Origin: a phage
Reading direction: 5' to 3' (one strand)
Sequence record: PZ495249.1
DNA: 64,000 nucleotides
Positions 42,397 to 52,806 of the stretch are shown in pieces (the first letter of the stretch is position 1; every line of letters begins with the position of its first letter). The notes under the pieces are model-generated. The model saw only the letters and a program-made list of their open reading frames with translations, made no database searches and was not told where the DNA came from. The translations under genes were made by a program, and so were the position numbers.

Positions 42397-44646
42397 GTGA
42401 TTCGATATGTAACTAAATCCAACGGCAAGAAAGAAGAGTTTAATCCAGAGAAACTTCGTAAATGGTCGGAGTTTGCTGCGGGTAAACTTAACTGGTCGGA
42501 AATTGAGTTAGAAGCTGTTAAACGTTGTTACGATGGTGTGTCCACTCGTGATCTGCATAAAGCAATGATCTCTGCGTGTATTGACAAGAAAACCCAAGCG
42601 TACAGCGATATGGCTGGTCGATTACTTCTCGGTATGATTTACAAACAGGCGCATGGGGGATACCACAGTATCCCTTCCCTGAATGAGTTCTATAAAGATA
42701 TGGTGAGCCGAGGCCACTGGATCAAGATGGACTATACCGACGAAGAAATCAAAGAGATCGGCAAGATCGTTAAACACGATAAGAACCTTGGGTACGGTTA
42801 TTCTGTACTTCGTCAAATGTCAGATAAATACCTGGTGAAAGATGCCGTGAACGATATTGTTCACGAATCTCCTCAGTTCCTGTTTATTGGTGTTGCGATG
42901 AAGGTAATGGAGATTCAGCCGAAGGAACGACGCATTGAAGATATTAAGCGACTGTATACCTATGTCAGTGATCTTAAAATCAACCTGCCGTCACCTTATC
43001 TGACGACACTGCGTACTCCGATCCCTGGTAGTGCTTCCTGCTGTCTGTTCCGCGCAGACGACACAGCAGAATCACTGGCAATTGCAAACTACTTGGCACA
43101 CGAGTATACTCTGAATAACGCTGGTATTGGTGTTAACCTCCAGACTCGTGCAACGGGGCAGGGCGTTAAGAACAACCGTATTATCCACGGTGGACTACTT
43201 CCTTACCTGAAATGGATGGAAGATAGCGTAGGTGCATCGAAACAGGCAAGTCGTGGTGGTAGTGCTACCGTCACATACACAATCTTGGAACCAGACTTCG
43301 AAGACTTGATCCGAATCAAGAACCCGACAACTCCGGTTGACAAGCGTGTAGATAAATTAGATTATTCAGTCGTGGTTAACCGTTCCTTCTTACGCCGAGC
43401 AGCAAAAGGTGAAGAATGGATGCTGGTAAGCTGTGATGATGCTCCAGAACTCTACGAAGCACTCTACAAAAGTGAAGAAGAGTTTGATGAGGTTTATGAT
43501 CGTGTTAGTCGTAAGCGTATCAAGAAAAAATTCGTTAAGGCGCGTGACCTGCTGACCGAGATTATTGTTCAACGTGCAGAGACAGGACGTATTTATATGT
43601 TCTTCGCTGATAACGTAAACAATCACACACCGTTTACTGATACTGTATATCAGTCAAATCTGTGTCAGGAAATCTTCCTGCCGACGAAAGCATTCCATAA
43701 GATGACGGATCTTTTCACTGGGGAAAATACCGAGGATCAGGAATTAGCTCTGTGCTTCCTATCTTCTATCGTGGCTGGTCGAGTTAAACCAGAAGAATAC
43801 GAAGATGTAGCCTACTACACCGTATTGACAATCGACAACGTTATTGAGACAATGGTTTACCCATTCAAACACAATGAGATCACAGCGAAAGCTCGTCGCT
43901 CCATCGGTGTTGGGATTACAAACCTCGCTCATTACCTCGCAAGTAACTTCGCGACATACTCTGATCCTTATGGTAAGAAACTGATTCACGAGTTAGCTGA
44001 ACGCCACTATTTCTGGTTGGCAAGTGCATCTCTTCGCCTGGCGAAAGAGAAAGGTAATGCTGAGTGGATTGACAAAACCAAATGGCCTCAAGGTTGGCTA
44101 CCAATTGATACCTATTCAAAAGCGGTAGATGATATTGGCAACTTCGAGTTGAAAAACGATTGGGAAGGATTACGCCAAGAGATTATCGCTCAGGGTGGTA
44201 TCCGCAACAGCGTATTAACCGCTATTGCACCAAATGAATCAAGTAGCCTGGTGAGTAACACTACCAACTCTGTATATCCAGTACGTGACACAATCATGTA
44301 CAAGCAGAGCCAGAAAGGTAACGTGTTGTTTATTGTGCCGGATTACGAAAAGCTGAAAACCGTTTATCAGAGCGCATGGGATACCCCTGCGAAAGATATT
44401 GCTGAAATGTACGGATTGTTAACCAAATTCATGGATCAGGGTATTTCCTGTGACGAATGGGCTGACTATTCTAAAATGGAGGGTGGTCGTCTGTCTATTA
44501 AAGCTCAGATGCAATTCATCTTCACGTTTGCCAAATTAGGCGGTAAGTCTCTGTACTACTTGAATAGTAGAACCAAATCAGCCGAATCTCTCGCCCAAGA
44601 GGATTCCGGTTTTGGTGAAGATGGTTGCGAAGCGTGTAAGATGTAA
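42397..44646 (+). CDS. nrdA: ribonucleotide reductase large subunit (class Ia NrdA-like), 749 aa
   Basis: N-terminal ATP-cone (RYVTKSNGKKEEFNPEKL); typical length; C-terminal Cys pair (CEACKM); nrdB follows. Confidence 0.8.
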   Translation: MIRYVTKSNGKKEEFNPEKLRKWSEFAAGKLNWSEIELEAVKRCYDGVSTRDLHKAMISACIDKKTQAYSDMAGRLLLGMIYKQAHGGYHSIPSLNEFYKDMVSRGHWIKMDYTDEEIKEIGKIVKHDKNLGYGYSVLRQMSDKYLVKDAVNDIVHESPQFLFIGVAMKVMEIQPKERRIEDIKRLYTYVSDLKINLPSPYLTTLRTPIPGSASCCLFRADDTAESLAIANYLAHEYTLNNAGIGVNLQTRATGQGVKNNRIIHGGLLPYLKWMEDSVGASKQASRGGSATVTYTILEPDFEDLIRIKNPTTPVDKRVDKLDYSVVVNRSFLRRAAKGEEWMLVSCDDAPELYEALYKSEEEFDEVYDRVSRKRIKKKFVKARDLLTEIIVQRAETGRIYMFFADNVNNHTPFTDTVYQSNLCQEIFLPTKAFHKMTDLFTGENTEDQELALCFLSSIVAGRVKPEEYEDVAYYTVLTIDNVIETMVYPFKHNEITAKARRSIGVGITNLAHYLASNFATYSDPYGKKLIHELAERHYFWLASASLRLAKEKGNAEWIDKTKWPQGWLPIDTYSKAVDDIGNFELKNDWEGLRQEIIAQGGIRNSVLTAIAPNESSSLVSNTTNSVYPVRDTIMYKQSQKGNVLFIVPDYEKLKTVYQSAWDTPAKDIAEMYGLLTKFMDQGISCDEWADYSKMEGGRLSIKAQMQFIFTFAKLGGKSLYYLNSRTKSAESLAQEDSGFGEDGCEACKM

Positions 44647-44649
44647 TAT

Positions 44650-44676
44650 CAAGGGGCGAAAGCCCCTTTATTTTTC
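44650..44676 (+). terminator. intrinsic terminator after nrdA
   Basis: AGGGGC-GAAA-GCCCCT hairpin followed by TTATTTTTC. Confidence 0.45.
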
Positions 44677-44687
44677 TAAGGAGGATT

Positions 44688-45026
44688 ATGAATTCTATAA
44701 TCGTATTGTCTGGAGTAACAAAGCTATTACCACTCAAGAATTATGTCCTGGTTGATCCAAAAGATTTCACATTAGATTGGTGTTGTCAGTTTATCGGGGG
44801 AATGAATTTTACGAATGCGGAGATCTGGGAGTCTTCTGACTCTAAGGCAACTGCATATACACTCTCCAGAGTAAGAACTTATGGTTCAGAATTTAGTGTG
44901 CTACTGACACAAAGCGTGTGGAATGGTCTGGAAGAATACTATCGAGAACATGGTGTGGAAGAGAGTGAGATAGAAGTGTTAAAATCATGGTGTGATATTG
45001 TGGAGGATTTAAATGGCAGCAATTAA
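44688..45026 (+). CDS. hypothetical protein, 112 aa, between nrdA and nrdB
   Basis: SD TAAGGAGGATT-ATG. Confidence 0.4.
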   Translation: MNSIIVLSGVTKLLPLKNYVLVDPKDFTLDWCCQFIGGMNFTNAEIWESSDSKATAYTLSRVRTYGSEFSVLLTQSVWNGLEEYYREHGVEESEIEVLKSWCDIVEDLNGSN

Positions 45027-46098
45027 TTTACATAACGAAACTTACAAAGAGGGTAAATACCCTGTCTTCTTAGGTGAACAACTGGGGATCTTTGATTCTA
45101 TTAACGTCACCTATCCTGAAATGCATCGTCTTTATAAGCTCCAGAAAGCCCAAGATTGGGATGAAAACGAGGTGAATCTGGATCAGACACGTAAAGACTT
45201 CGTAGCATGTTCTGCAAATAACTACGATGTGATGATCAAAAACCTTTCGTTCCAGTGGGAGAATGATTCCCTGGCGAAATCTATTATCACGTTGTTCGCT
45301 CCTTTCCTGAGTAACAATGAAGCCTGTGCAATGATGATGAAGCAGTCTGAAATTGAAGTGCTTCACGCTCTAACTTACTCTGAAATTATCCGTCAGTGTA
45401 TTCCAAATCCGAACGAAGTGATCGAACAGATTATGGAAAATGACCGTATCTTCCAGCGAATGGGTATTGTGGAAGAAGTCATGTCCGAACTGTACGAAGC
45501 TGGTCACAAGTATGCACTTGGTGAACTGGAAGCAAATGACGATCTGCGTCTACTGATCCTGAAAGGTATGATCGCTCTGATTGGTCTGGAAGGTATTCAG
45601 TTTATCTCTTCCTTCTCTGCAACATTCGCCCTGGCAGAACAGCAACTGTTCGTCGGTGCATGTAAGCTGATTCAGAAAATTATGTTGGATGAGATCTTGC
45701 ATGTTAAGATGGATTATGCTATTATTGACGCACTGATGAAGGAACCAGAGTGGAAGAAAGTTTACGATGAGAACATTGATGAACTGACTGCTATTCTGGA
45801 TACCATTATCGCCCAAGAAGAAGATTGGTGCGACTACCTGTTCAGTGAAGGTCGTGTAATTGTCGGTCTGAATGCTGAACTGTCCAAACAGTGGGTTTAC
45901 TTCAACGCCGCCCCTATCTATCGTCGTCTGAAAATGAAACACAAATTCCGTTCTCCGAAACAAACGCCTCTGGCGTGGATGGATGTGTGGCTCAACCCAG
46001 ACCAGATTCAAGCGGCTGCTCAGGAAATCCAACGTACTGACTACAAACTCAACTCTGCCAATAAAGATGTGGCAGACGATGAAGAATTTGAGTGGTAA
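45013..46098 (+). CDS. nrdB: ribonucleotide reductase small subunit (NrdB-like), 361 aa
   Basis: Ferritin-like helical protein of the right size directly after nrdA; acidic C-terminal tail (DDEEFEW). Confidence 0.75.
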   Translation: MAAINLHNETYKEGKYPVFLGEQLGIFDSINVTYPEMHRLYKLQKAQDWDENEVNLDQTRKDFVACSANNYDVMIKNLSFQWENDSLAKSIITLFAPFLSNNEACAMMMKQSEIEVLHALTYSEIIRQCIPNPNEVIEQIMENDRIFQRMGIVEEVMSELYEAGHKYALGELEANDDLRLLILKGMIALIGLEGIQFISSFSATFALAEQQLFVGACKLIQKIMLDEILHVKMDYAIIDALMKEPEWKKVYDENIDELTAILDTIIAQEEDWCDYLFSEGRVIVGLNAELSKQWVYFNAAPIYRRLKMKHKFRSPKQTPLAWMDVWLNPDQIQAAAQEIQRTDYKLNSANKDVADDEEFEW

Positions 46099-46107
46099 GG
46101 AGCAATA

Positions 46108-46245
46108 ATGTTAGATGGTGATGTGTGCCAGGTTTGTGGTGGCACTGGTCAAGTTTATGTCGGCGGGGGCTTTAGCCCTTGCTGGACTTGTAACGGCTTC
46201 GGAGTAATTCCGAAACAAGAGGAGGAAGAAAAGGATGGGGATTGA
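46108..46245 (+). CDS. small zinc-ribbon ORF, 45 aa
   Basis: SD TAAGGAGCAATA-ATG; CQVCGG...CWTCNG. Confidence 0.3.
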   Translation: MLDGDVCQVCGGTGQVYVGGGFSPCWTCNGFGVIPKQEEEEKDGD

Positions 46246-46561
46246 TATTGGCTGGAGAATGGTACAGGGTGCTACACTGGATGTGTGGGAAGAGGCTTTC
46301 GGAGAAGATGAAACATTTCTGGAAGATTATGACGGAGACATGGCAGGTTTCTTGGAAGATCACTTGAATGTTGTAAGGGTATCGCCGTGGTTTGATGCAG
46401 ATAGCTCAGATTGTATCTTCGGTGTTAAACTTGCAGGTGGTGATTACTCCAAGGATATAGATCTTGCTGAACTTGCTGTTAAGGCAAAAGAAATAGCACA
46501 CGATCTCAAGAGTAAGTATGGTATTGATACCACTACCATTTGTAGTCAGAACGTCTACTAA
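46235..46561 (+). CDS. hypothetical acidic protein, 108 aa
   Basis: ATG with SD GAGGAGGAAGAAAAGG. Confidence 0.4.
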   Translation: MGIDIGWRMVQGATLDVWEEAFGEDETFLEDYDGDMAGFLEDHLNVVRVSPWFDADSSDCIFGVKLAGGDYSKDIDLAELAVKAKEIAHDLKSKYGIDTTTICSQNVY

Positions 46562-46570
46562 GGAGAAAGA

Positions 46571-47566
46571 ATGCGATACCTGGTGACAGGTGGGCTTGGA
46601 TTTATTGGGAGCGCGGTAGTGCGCTCTCTGCATAAAAACCCACTTAACGAAATCTATGTTGTTGACAAATGGGGCTATGCCTCCGATCCACGTAATCTTA
46701 CACTCACCCCAGATGTAAGATTCTGTAAGTTAGACTTGACAGACCTCGTGTTAACTGTTAAGATGCTGGCTGACATTAATCCAGATTACATTATCCACTT
46801 GGCGGCTGAAAGCCATGTTGACAATTCAATCTCTGCTCCAAAAGCATTCATTGAGTCAAATGTAATCGGTACGTTCAATCTGCTTGAAGCAGTGCGGTAC
46901 ATGGGTAACAGATCAAAGCTCAAGAAGTTCCTACATGTCTCCACAGACGAAGTGTACGGCGATTTGAGCGTAGAAGATGTTCCGTTTACCGAAGACACAC
47001 CTTATGCCCCAAGTAGCCCGTACAGCGCGTCTAAGGCAGCGAGTGACCATCTGGTACAAGCTTGGCATCGTACCTACGGAATTCCAACCGTAATTACCAA
47101 TTGCTCGAACAACTTTGGTGCATATCAGCATCCAGAAAAGTTGATTCCCCGTGTAATTACGAGTATCATGATCGGTAAACAGATTCCTGTCTATGGGAAC
47201 GGTTTACAAGTAAGGGATTGGTTGTTTGTCGATGACCATGTAGATGCCTTGCTTCTGGCACTCACCGAAGGTAAGGTGGGAGAAACATATAATATCGGTA
47301 GTCGCAACCCTCGTACCAATATGGAAGTAATTTATATGATCTGTGATTATATGGATGCTGTCCATGCAGACAAGGGTTTCTATCCTGCATCAAATCTTAT
47401 TAAATTCGTTAGTGATCGCCCTGGTCATGACACTCGTTATGAGATTGATCCTACGAAGTTGGAGACAGAGTTAGGATGGGCTACTGAGGGTACATTCGAA
47501 GAGAAACTTTATCAAACCATTGAGTGGTATATTGCTCACGACTTATGGTGGCAGAATAAAGTTTAA
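46571..47566 (+). CDS. rmlB: dTDP-glucose 4,6-dehydratase
   Basis: N-terminal Rossmann GGLGFIGS; short-chain dehydrogenase catalytic YxxxK (YSASKAA); 331 aa. Confidence 0.8.
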   Translation: MRYLVTGGLGFIGSAVVRSLHKNPLNEIYVVDKWGYASDPRNLTLTPDVRFCKLDLTDLVLTVKMLADINPDYIIHLAAESHVDNSISAPKAFIESNVIGTFNLLEAVRYMGNRSKLKKFLHVSTDEVYGDLSVEDVPFTEDTPYAPSSPYSASKAASDHLVQAWHRTYGIPTVITNCSNNFGAYQHPEKLIPRVITSIMIGKQIPVYGNGLQVRDWLFVDDHVDALLLALTEGKVGETYNIGSRNPRTNMEVIYMICDYMDAVHADKGFYPASNLIKFVSDRPGHDTRYEIDPTKLETELGWATEGTFEEKLYQTIEWYIAHDLWWQNKV

Positions 47567-47574
47567 GGAGGAGC

Positions 47575-48501
47575 ATGAAAGGTATTATCCTTGCGGGTGG
47601 CAGTGGCACTCGTTTGTATCCGGTGACTAAAGGGGTAAGCAAGCAATTGCTCCCCATTTACGATAAACCGATGATCTACTATCCACTATCTGTATTAATG
47701 CTGGCAGGGATAAACGATATCTTAATTATCACAACACCCGAAGATCAGCGTAATTTCCAACAGCTTCTTGATGACGGAGAAGACTTAGGAATCAGCATCA
47801 CCTATGCAACTCAGGATCAACCAAGAGGGTTGGCAGAAGCCTTTATTATCGGTGAAGATTTCATTGGTGATGATTCTGTAGCCCTTGTCCTCGGAGATAA
47901 TTTATTCTTTGGACAAAGTTTCGGTACTCTCTTACATTGTGCAAAAGAGCATGTGGAATTCTATGGCGGAGCCGGAGTATTTGGTTATCGAGTGAACGAT
48001 CCTGAACGATTCGGTGTTGTAGAGTTCGATGACTCAGGTAAGGTTGTGAGTATTGAAGAGAAACCTGTTAATCCTCGCAGCAATTATGCAGTTACTGGAC
48101 TTTATTTCTACGACAATTCTGTGATTCAGAAAGCCAAAGAAGTGCAACCTTCTGCTCGTGGTGAATTGGAGATTACAGACATTAACGAAATGTACCTTAA
48201 AGAACGTGCGCTCCAAGTGTGGAAACTGGGAAGAGGTTTCACTTGGCTTGACACAGGTACACATGCAAGTTTAATGGAGGCATCTCAGTTTGTGCATACA
48301 ATTGAGAAACAGCAAGGAATGAAACTCGCTTGCCTTGAAGAAATTGCATTTATGAATGGGTGGATTACAGCAGAGCAACTTATTCTGACAGGAACTGCCC
48401 TGGCTAAAACAGAATATGGACAATATCTGCTTTCATTAGGAGGGGTTAGATGGAAAGCACAATTAACGTCAGAGAAACCAGCATTGAAGGTCTTGTCGTA
48501 A
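47575..48501 (+). CDS. rmlA: glucose-1-phosphate thymidylyltransferase
   Basis: Signature N-terminus [39 protein letters not shown]. Confidence 0.85.
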   Translation: MKGIILAGGSGTRLYPVTKGVSKQLLPIYDKPMIYYPLSVLMLAGINDILIITTPEDQRNFQQLLDDGEDLGISITYATQDQPRGLAEAFIIGEDFIGDDSVALVLGDNLFFGQSFGTLLHCAKEHVEFYGGAGVFGYRVNDPERFGVVEFDDSGKVVSIEEKPVNPRSNYAVTGLYFYDNSVIQKAKEVQPSARGELEITDINEMYLKERALQVWKLGRGFTWLDTGTHASLMEASQFVHTIEKQQGMKLACLEEIAFMNGWITAEQLILTGTALAKTEYGQYLLSLGGVRWKAQLTSEKPALKVLS

Positions 48502-49019
48502 TAACACCGAGGGTGTTCGGTGATGACCGAGGATTTTTCCTTGAGTCTTTCAACCAAGCCCGATATGATAACCTTATTGGTGAACACACGTTTGTTCAAG
48601 ATAACCACTCCCGTTCTACGAAAGGAGTCCTCCGTGGACTCCACTACCAAGAAACAAATCCCCAGGGGAAATTAGTGAGATGCACAAGCGGCATGGTATT
48701 TGATGTGGCTGTGGACTTACGTGAAGGTAGTCCGACCTTCGGAGAATGGGAAGGTGTTGTACTTAGTGAACAAAACAAAACGCAATTCTGGATTCCACCA
48801 GGATTCGCTCATGGCTTTGTCGTTATCTCAGACGTAGCCGATTTCGAATACAAATGCACTGAATATTACGATCCAACCTCGGAACGCAGTTTACTCTGGA
48901 ATGATCCTGATGTAGCTGTCGATTGGGGATTTGACTTAATCTTTGGTGATGAAAATTATCAGCCTATTCTATCTCAGAAAGATCGAGAGGCCAAAACCCT
49001 ACGGGAGATTTTTGGATGA
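48450..49019 (+). CDS. rmlC: dTDP-4-dehydrorhamnose 3,5-epimerase
   Basis: Cupin epimerase motifs ([17 protein letters not shown]); SD TAGGAGGGGTTAG-ATG; overlaps rmlA 3' end. Confidence 0.75.
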   Translation: MESTINVRETSIEGLVVITPRVFGDDRGFFLESFNQARYDNLIGEHTFVQDNHSRSTKGVLRGLHYQETNPQGKLVRCTSGMVFDVAVDLREGSPTFGEWEGVVLSEQNKTQFWIPPGFAHGFVVISDVADFEYKCTEYYDPTSERSLLWNDPDVAVDWGFDLIFGDENYQPILSQKDREAKTLREIFG

Positions 49020-49852
49020 AACGATATTTAGTATTGGGTGGTAATGGTCAATTAGGCCAAGCACTCAATAAAGTGAAGCCGGAAGATGTAGATTTAATTT
49101 ATCCTGAACGTTGTGATATTACCGATTTCAAACAGGTGAAGGATCTAATCGTACAAACTATGCCGGAAGCAGTTATCAACTGCGCAGCATATACAGCCGT
49201 CGATAAAGCCGAAGAGGATATGCAGACTGCAATTAGTGTTAATGCATACGGTGCTGCAAATATTGCGAAAATCTGTGGTGAACTTTACATTGACTTAATT
49301 CACATTTCGACGGATTATGTCTTTGATGGTTCATTCCCTGGTATTGAGGGTGCTGAAACAAATCCGTTAAATGTCTACGGTTACTCCAAGCGTTTCGGTG
49401 AAGAATTAGTTCACGCGGTTCATCCTGGGGCATTAATTATCCGTACAGCTTCTGTGTATAGCGAATTCGGTAACAACTTCCTGAAAACTATGTTAAGCCG
49501 CTACAACGGCGGTCAACGTGAGTTTGATGTTGTCTGCGATCATTACTCCTGTCCAACATATGCTCCAGATCTTGCTGAAATGATTTTCACAATGTTGGAA
49601 TATGGTGTTGGTGGTCGTATTCTTCATTACGCAGGTAAAGAATATTTAAGCTGGTATGACTTTGCGACACGTATCTTCTGGGAAATAGATATGACGGTTA
49701 AAGTAAACCCAGTATCTGCTGCTCAGTATAACTCCAAGGCAGTACGACCTGCCAAATCCTATCTTGAAACCAAAGGGTTCCTGACTCCAAAACCAGTAGC
49801 CCACGGTATTAACGAATCACTGAAAGTTCTATTAAATAAGGAGAGAGAATGA
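49016..49852 (+). CDS. rmlD: dTDP-4-dehydrorhamnose reductase
   Basis: N-terminal Rossmann LVLGGNGQLG; 278 aa; position after rmlC. Confidence 0.75.
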   Translation: MKRYLVLGGNGQLGQALNKVKPEDVDLIYPERCDITDFKQVKDLIVQTMPEAVINCAAYTAVDKAEEDMQTAISVNAYGAANIAKICGELYIDLIHISTDYVFDGSFPGIEGAETNPLNVYGYSKRFGEELVHAVHPGALIIRTASVYSEFGNNFLKTMLSRYNGGQREFDVVCDHYSCPTYAPDLAEMIFTMLEYGVGGRILHYAGKEYLSWYDFATRIFWEIDMTVKVNPVSAAQYNSKAVRPAKSYLETKGFLTPKPVAHGINESLKVLLNKERE

Positions 49853-50115
49853 ATTTTGTAATCTATGGTAAACCTGACTGTCAATTCTGCACTATGGCTA
49901 AGCAGCTATTAGAGATGCGAGGTCAGGAGTTTAATTACCTCACCCTGGATGTAGATTACACTCTTGATCACATGCAAGCAGTGGTCGTAGAGAAAACAGG
50001 AATTCCACCACGTACATTCCCACAAATTTTAGTGCAGGAATCGGACGTTGCGGAGTACAAGCACGTAGGAGGTTTCACCGAACTACGTGATTTCATGGCT
50101 CAGATTGCGGAGTAA
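49849..50115 (+). CDS. glutaredoxin/NrdH-like thiol-disulfide redox protein, 88 aa
   Basis: N-terminal YGKPDCQFC (CxxC) thioredoxin-fold pattern. Confidence 0.6.
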   Translation: MNFVIYGKPDCQFCTMAKQLLEMRGQEFNYLTLDVDYTLDHMQAVVVEKTGIPPRTFPQILVQESDVAEYKHVGGFTELRDFMAQIAE

Positions 50116-50119
50116 CAAT

Positions 50120-50266
50120 ATGAAAGGTAAACAGAAACGTAAGATCTTTTCTCGTGCTTTGGCAGCGGAGCTAAAGTCCAACATCAAGAAAACGAAACCA
50201 AAACGTGAACCATCTCCAGAACACGCAATGTTCGACGAACTGGATCACGGCGAGGTTGACGCATAA
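50120..50266 (+). CDS. small basic ORF, 48 aa
   Basis: ATG at 50120; MKGKQKRKIFSRALAAELKSNIKKTKPKREP... Confidence 0.25.
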   Translation: MKGKQKRKIFSRALAAELKSNIKKTKPKREPSPEHAMFDELDHGEVDA

Positions 50267-50273
50267 GGAAAAC

Positions 50274-50774
50274 ATGGCTAAAGTAGTAGATGAGTTTGAT
50301 ATGCTACGCCTTGACGAGGGACTAAAGCTCACCGTCTATACAGATACCGAAGGGTATTGGACAGTGGGTATTGGTCATCTCTTAACGAAAGTCAAAGATA
50401 AAGCGGTTGCTATCGCTGAACTGGATAAGCTGGTAGGTCGTAAGACCAATGGTGTTATCACAGAAGACGAAGCACGTACAATCTTCAAGAAAGACGTTGA
50501 AAAGGCTATCAAGCAGGTTAAACAGAGTAAGATTCTATCTCCGATTTACGATAAGGTGAGTCCTACTCGTAAAATGGCAATTGTCAATATGGTATTCCAA
50601 ATGGGGATTGCCGGAGCAGAATCTTTCCAAAATAGCTTGACATTAGTGAGCAATTCGTACTATACTCAGGCTGGTATCAATTTACGTAAAAGTAAGTGGT
50701 ACAAACAAACGCCTAATCGTGCAGAGCGAGTTATCAAGGTTCTTACATCTGGAACACTTGATGCTTATAACTAA
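50274..50774 (+). CDS. T4-type lysozyme (GH24 endolysin), 166 aa
   Basis: Near-colinear with T4 lysozyme: EMLRLDEGLKLTVYTDTEGYWTVGIGHLLTK (catalytic Glu/Asp/Thr context), SKWYKQTPNRAERVI; SD AAGGAAAAC-ATG. Confidence 0.85.
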   Translation: MAKVVDEFDMLRLDEGLKLTVYTDTEGYWTVGIGHLLTKVKDKAVAIAELDKLVGRKTNGVITEDEARTIFKKDVEKAIKQVKQSKILSPIYDKVSPTRKMAIVNMVFQMGIAGAESFQNSLTLVSNSYYTQAGINLRKSKWYKQTPNRAERVIKVLTSGTLDAYN

Positions 50775-50775
50775 C

Positions 50776-50800
50776 AGAGGGGCGTAAGCCCCTTATTCAA
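50776..50800 (+). terminator. hairpin (terminator or RNA-processing element)
   Basis: AGGGGC-GTAA-GCCCCT hairpin followed by a weak T-tract. Confidence 0.3.
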
Positions 50801-50811
50801 GGAGTGCTACT

Positions 50812-51564
50812 ATGGGAAATAAACCAGCAAAGTCTCCACGTCAGAAGCTGGCTGCTAATGACCAGAGACAAAGCCGTTATGCGGCGAAAGCTGTGGGGAA
50901 CGATGACTACCGTCTTGACGAATTCTATCCAACCGAGGCTCAGGAAGAGATTGTGCATAGCATGGTCTGGAATGACCTTACGATTGTGAATGGACGTGCA
51001 GGTACTGGTAAGACAACAACCGCTCTGTGGAAAGCGTTACAAATGCTGAAAGCAGGTGATGTACGAAAACTGCTCTTCCTGAAAAACCCAACTGAGGTGG
51101 GTGACGATCAGATTGGTTTCTTATCTGGTGACAAGTCAGAAAAACTGACTGCGCACTACGAGTCTACCAAACGAATTTTCCAGCAATTCATGACCGCAAA
51201 CAAACTGGAAACAGATATTGCTAACGGTAAAATCGAACTAAACATTCCTAACTACGCACTGGGCGCTACCTGGGATAACACAATCATCCTGATTGACGAA
51301 TCTCAGTTAATGTCTCCCGATACCATCAAGCTCCTTCTGGAACGTACTGGTATCAACTCTCGTGTTGTCGTTATCGGTGACGTGAAACAAACTTATGCTA
51401 TCAAACATCGTAAAAACGGACTCGCAGATCTTGTAGATCGTGTAGCTCCGGCTGATGAAGACGGCTATCACACACCTGTAACCGACTTTATCGGATACGT
51501 TGAACTGTCAAGCGATGAGAACCAGCGTTCACGTCTGTCTCAGTTCATCACGGAAATTTATTAA
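50812..51564 (+). CDS. phoH: PhoH-like ATPase, 250 aa
   Basis: Walker A GRAGTGKTT; Walker B IILIDESQ; typical PhoH size. Confidence 0.7.
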   Translation: MGNKPAKSPRQKLAANDQRQSRYAAKAVGNDDYRLDEFYPTEAQEEIVHSMVWNDLTIVNGRAGTGKTTTALWKALQMLKAGDVRKLLFLKNPTEVGDDQIGFLSGDKSEKLTAHYESTKRIFQQFMTANKLETDIANGKIELNIPNYALGATWDNTIILIDESQLMSPDTIKLLLERTGINSRVVVIGDVKQTYAIKHRKNGLADLVDRVAPADEDGYHTPVTDFIGYVELSSDENQRSRLSQFITEIY

Positions 51565-51601
51565 TTTAACAAGGCAGGGAAGCCACTTTTATGGAGGATA
51601 A

Positions 51602-52093
51602 ATGGCATTTGTTGAAATAGGTAGAAGCGGTATTGACGAGTGTTACCAAGCGGGTTTAGTAAAGCCGAACGAGTTCCGGCAGATTTATGTAAACAAGATT
51701 GAACAAGAGATCGCTCTCTTACTTGAAAACCTAACACTTAAACAAAAGTGGGGAATGTTCAAATCTTGGTTAAAGAATGAGGATTGGATTTTATCCCATT
51801 ACCAGGAACTTTCTGATAGTAAAGACGGACTGTTTGAGTGTATAATAGAGATAGCCGCCTCAAATCCACAACTTCTTCATATTGATGAAGAAGATTCCAA
51901 ACTACTTTTCCTAAGCAGTATTTTCCACAAGAAATCCTTACTCGTTCGAGAGTGCAGTGATTTATTTAATCACCCGCTCACCCGTACCGAGAAGATTCTG
52001 GTGGACAAAGAAACGTTACGCGCAATTGACTATCTACGAAAATACGTGAACGGTGGAAAAGCAGTTCTTAAAACATTGCAGGAGGAAGAATAA
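51602..52093 (+). CDS. hypothetical protein, 163 aa
   Basis: ORF with SD (ATGGAGGATAA). Confidence 0.4.
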   Translation: MAFVEIGRSGIDECYQAGLVKPNEFRQIYVNKIEQEIALLLENLTLKQKWGMFKSWLKNEDWILSHYQELSDSKDGLFECIIEIAASNPQLLHIDEEDSKLLFLSSIFHKKSLLVRECSDLFNHPLTRTEKILVDKETLRAIDYLRKYVNGGKAVLKTLQEEE

Positions 52094-52782
52094 TGACAAC
52101 GATTATTGCAACAAAGACTAAGATTCTAAGCGACGGTAAAACTACCGTAGGCAATCGTGTAGACGATTACGACTTTAAGAAAGTACGTAAGATTGGGGAT
52201 TATCTGGTCGGTGGCGCTGGTCGTCTAACCTCCATCCTCACATTCTTCGCCTGGTTTGAGCAGAATCTGCAATGTCAAGCGGCACAAGAATCTATCCCAG
52301 GGTTGATGATTCAATCAGATCCTGACAAGGACGACGAAGACTTCATTGCGTTAGTTGTCCATCCTGACGGTAAAATTTTCATCCACGAAGGTGCTGATCC
52401 TCGTCGAGCATTCCCAATCGAGCGTGAATACTACGCTGTTGGTAGTGGTGCAGACTTCGCATTAGCGGCGCTTGATGCCGGAGCCACTCCAGAACAAGCA
52501 ATGGAAGTTGCAAAACTCCGTGATGCTTTCTCGGGTGGTGAAACTTTCGTAGAAGAACGCGAAGAAATTGTTGACATTACTGATGAAGATCTGAGAAACT
52601 TCTCAAGAGAGCAGCTTCTGAATCTGCTTCTTACTGGTTCTCCAGAAGGTGATGCAGCACAACAGTTGCTGGCTACGCCGGAAGAAGAACATCCTAAAGG
52701 TGATACTGGTGAAATGGGAGTTTCTTGTGGTATTCCTGGTGTTGCAGGTGCTACTTTTACAACTCCTTCACTGGGCGCTTAA
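52093..52782 (+). CDS. HslV-like N-terminal-nucleophile peptidase with acidic C-terminal extension, 229 aa
   Basis: MTTIIATKTKIL...GNRV...KKVRKIGDYLVGGAGRLTSILTFF and AVGSGADFALAA parallel HslV (Thr at position 2). Confidence 0.55.
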   Translation: MTTIIATKTKILSDGKTTVGNRVDDYDFKKVRKIGDYLVGGAGRLTSILTFFAWFEQNLQCQAAQESIPGLMIQSDPDKDDEDFIALVVHPDGKIFIHEGADPRRAFPIEREYYAVGSGADFALAALDAGATPEQAMEVAKLRDAFSGGETFVEEREEIVDITDEDLRNFSREQLLNLLLTGSPEGDAAQQLLATPEEEHPKGDTGEMGVSCGIPGVAGATFTTPSLGA

Positions 52783-52786
52783 TACT

Positions 52787-52806
52787 ATGCCCCTTCGGGG
52801 GCTTTT
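52787..52806 (+). terminator. intrinsic terminator
   Basis: GCCCC-TTCG-GGGGC hairpin followed by TTTT. Confidence 0.4.

Noticed and set aside
42397-46098. Inteins or group I introns in nrdA/nrdB.
   Set aside because: Both ORFs are continuous and of canonical length with no Cys...Asn-Ser/Cys/Thr insert boundaries.
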